A DNA stretch of 62,939 bases, taken from positions 1 through 62,939 of the forward strand of contig JACRCM010000100.1 of assembly GCA_016219025.1 (NCBI GenBank), in the 5' to 3' direction. A program made the translations under genes and the position numbers. The notes beneath the pieces were generated by a model. The model saw nothing but the letters and a program-made list of their open reading frames with translations. It made no database searches and had not been told where the DNA came from. This stretch comes from Deltaproteobacteria bacterium. GTDB lineage: Bacteria > Desulfobacterota > GWC2-55-46. Below, piece by piece: positions 61,364 through 62,939 of the stretch (positions are counted from its first letter, which is position 1; every line of letters begins with the position of its first letter).

Positions 61364-62398
61364 CTACTTATGCCCATACAGCACGCGTATCGCTTCCGAA
61401 CCGCTGTTTACGGTCTCCATGAACCTGTCCACGATGAACGGGTCCCACTGTCCCGCGGTCTTCTCGTCCATTATGACGCGCAGGGCCTCGTCAACGGAGA
61501 GGCCGTTCCTGTACGGACGGATAGAGACCATCGCGTCGAAGGAGTCCACTATGCTTATTATCCTGCCCATGAGCGGGATGCATTCTCCACGGAGCCCGTC
61601 CGGGAACCCATGGCCGTCCCACCTTTCGTGATGATGCCTTATGGCCGGGAGTATCTGGTGGAGCGTGCGCAGGGGCTTGCATATTTCGGTGCCGGTCGCG
61701 GGATGTCTCCTTATTATTTCAAGCTCGTCCTTCGAGAGGGCCTCTTTCTTGTGCAGTATGTCCTCGTGCACGCCTATCTTTCCGATGTCGTGAAGTATGC
61801 CGCCCTTCCTTATGTTGGTGATCTCCTTCTCCGGCAGGCCCAGCCTCTCGGCCACCCGCGCCGAGAGGACGCTCACCCTCTCGGAGTGCCCCCTCGTGTA
61901 GTTGTCCTTGGCCTCGACGGCCATGGCGAGCGTGAATATCATGTCCTCGGTGTGGTCGAGCTCGTCCTGGAGCATCTTGAGCTTGAGGAGCGACCTTATC
62001 TTGGCGACTATCTCCTTCGGGTTGAACGGTTTGCTGAAAAAATCATCCGCGCCCGCCTCGAGGCCGGTCAGTTTATCCTCAAGCTGGGCGAGCCCCGTTA
62101 CGAGGATGACCGGAAAATACCTCTTCCCGTAGTGCCCCTTGAGACGCTTGCACAGTTCATATCCGCTCATGGCCGGCATCATTACGTCAAGCACGGCAAG
62201 GTCCGGCGAAAACCCGCCGGCCTTGAGACCCTTCAATACCTCGTTGGCGTCAGACGAGGCCATGACCCTGTACCCCTCGCCTTCGAGTATCGCAGTCATG
62301 AGTTCGAGATGAGCCTCGAAGTCGTCAACGAGGAGGATCGACTGAAGGTCGTCTTTCTGCTCTGAGGAGGCAGGGGTTATATAGACGTTCGCGTACAT
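61364..62398 (-). CDS. Response regulator receiver + HD-GYP domain protein, third copy (344 aa)
   Basis: REC: ILLVDDFEAHLELMTAIL...LAVLDVMMPAMSGYELC. HD-GYP: GGILHDIGKIGV...HHHERWDGHGFPDGL. Confidence 0.85.
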   Translation of the reverse strand: MYANVYITPASSEQKDDLQSILLVDDFEAHLELMTAILEGEGYRVMASSDANEVLKGLKAGGFSPDLAVLDVMMPAMSGYELCKRLKGHYGKRYFPVILVTGLAQLEDKLTGLEAGADDFFSKPFNPKEIVAKIRSLLKLKMLQDELDHTEDMIFTLAMAVEAKDNYTRGHSERVSVLSARVAERLGLPEKEITNIRKGGILHDIGKIGVHEDILHKKEALSKDELEIIRRHPATGTEICKPLRTLHQILPAIRHHHERWDGHGFPDGLRGECIPLMGRIISIVDSFDAMVSIRPYRNGLSVDEALRVIMDEKTAGQWDPFIVDRFMETVNSGSEAIRVLYGHK

Positions 62399-62434
62399 TT
62401 CTAATATTATCGGCGGTTTTCCTGATAACTTTAG

Positions 62435-62610
62435 GGAACTCTGATTTATTCTTTTTTCCCGTCATTTCGAGCGTAGCGGGAAATCTCGTTCATTTGGCAA
62501 TTCAAGAGGTTATAGGATTTACAAAGCAGCTCTATTTCTCGTCGCAAATAGAGCTGCTTTGTAAATCGCGCTCCTCGAAATAACAGGCGCCGTAATAAAT
62601 CAGAGCTTCC
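62435..62610. repeat. MITE-like element, copy c
   Basis: Termini are GGAACTCTGATTTATT and AATAAATCAGAGCTTCC. The interior has GTCATTTCGAG plus the palindrome GATTTACAAAGCAGCTCTATTT...AAATAGAGCTGCTTTGTAAATC. Confidence 0.75.
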
Positions 62611-62792
62611 ATAGATGTATCCGCAACACATTGAAAATCAAGACAAAATTCGAGTGCGCCGATGCAGGAACCCGGCGTCTGAGACTGACGCTCCCGTGAA
62701 AAAGGTGTATAATATATAATGTAGGGTATAAGTATATGGGATTCCGGCCTGAATGCAAGCCGGAGGGTTGGGCGAAGAGCAGGAGGTGGAGT

Positions 62793-62909
62793 ATGGGCGT
62801 CATGTTCAGTTGGACGGACAAGGAGATCAGACACGCGGACGAGGCGTACATCGCCATATCGGTGGTATTGACGCTTGCGATGCTGATCGGCGCGCTCTTC
62901 CTATTCTGA
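62793..62909 (+). CDS. Possible 38-aa single-TM small protein
   Basis: AGGAGGTGGAGT-ATG, then MGVMFSWTDKEIRHADEAYIAISVVLTLAMLIGALFLF*. It has a strong SD and a hydrophobic C-terminal helix. It is too short for the ORF track and has no homology evidence. Confidence 0.35.
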   Translation: MGVMFSWTDKEIRHADEAYIAISVVLTLAMLIGALFLF

Positions 62910-62939
62910 GAAACTATTGACGTGAAGACGCAAACCGAC

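Noticed and set aside
58157-62365. Plus-strand ORFs of 351, 355 and 331 aa
   Set aside because: They are antisense to the hybrid kinase and the third REC-HD-GYP gene, both of which carry unambiguous motifs on the minus strand.

Overview
High-GC bacterial window, probably from a metagenome-assembled genome. I cannot assign taxonomy from the sequence alone. No rRNA, tRNA or CRISPR array was recognised.

(1) Accessory cluster, 414-26888 (promoter region to about 27070), all on the minus strand. Eight consecutive proteins start with signal-peptide-like N-termini. Three are giants of 3045, 2172 and 1135 aa. All recognisable content is scaffold or binding modules: parallel beta-helix, IPT/Ig, FN3, two RCC1 propellers, a 7-blade PD40-like propeller, a cohesin, a dockerin, a Gly-rich solenoid-like protein and a Cys-less tandem rhodanese. 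I see no recognisable enzyme, transporter or known anchoring signal. Its internal intergenic gaps are filled by tandem arrays and palindromes. An ISL3 remnant and MITE-like repeats flank its left edge. This is my best candidate for an undescribed extracellular assembly system.

(2) The rest, 27-63 kb, is mostly housekeeping. It includes a DHH-CBS-CCA/polyA polymerase fusion, archaeal-type FBP aldolase/phosphatase, coaD, rsmD, yjbQ, hemW, a DASS transporter, metF and purB-purC-purS-purQ. Accessory islets interrupt it:
- a MITE-truncated Mrr N-terminal fragment, an orphan SdhB/FrdB-like gene and a degenerate low-GC stretch
- a Septu-like PtuA/PtuB pair whose ATPase carries an in-frame TGA
- a DUF4258/DUF2283 pair inside the pur operon
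- an AmmeMemoRadiSam-type radical SAM gene with an in-frame TAA
- a c-di-GMP/two-component module with three REC-HD-GYP genes and a hybrid kinase with a degenerate GGDEF

Non-coding highlights are three unrelated tandem arrays (80, about 62 and 75 nt units), each starting exactly at the stop codon of the upstream gene, and a modular family of MITE-like inverted-repeat elements.

All domain calls come from reading motifs in the translations. No database search was run.
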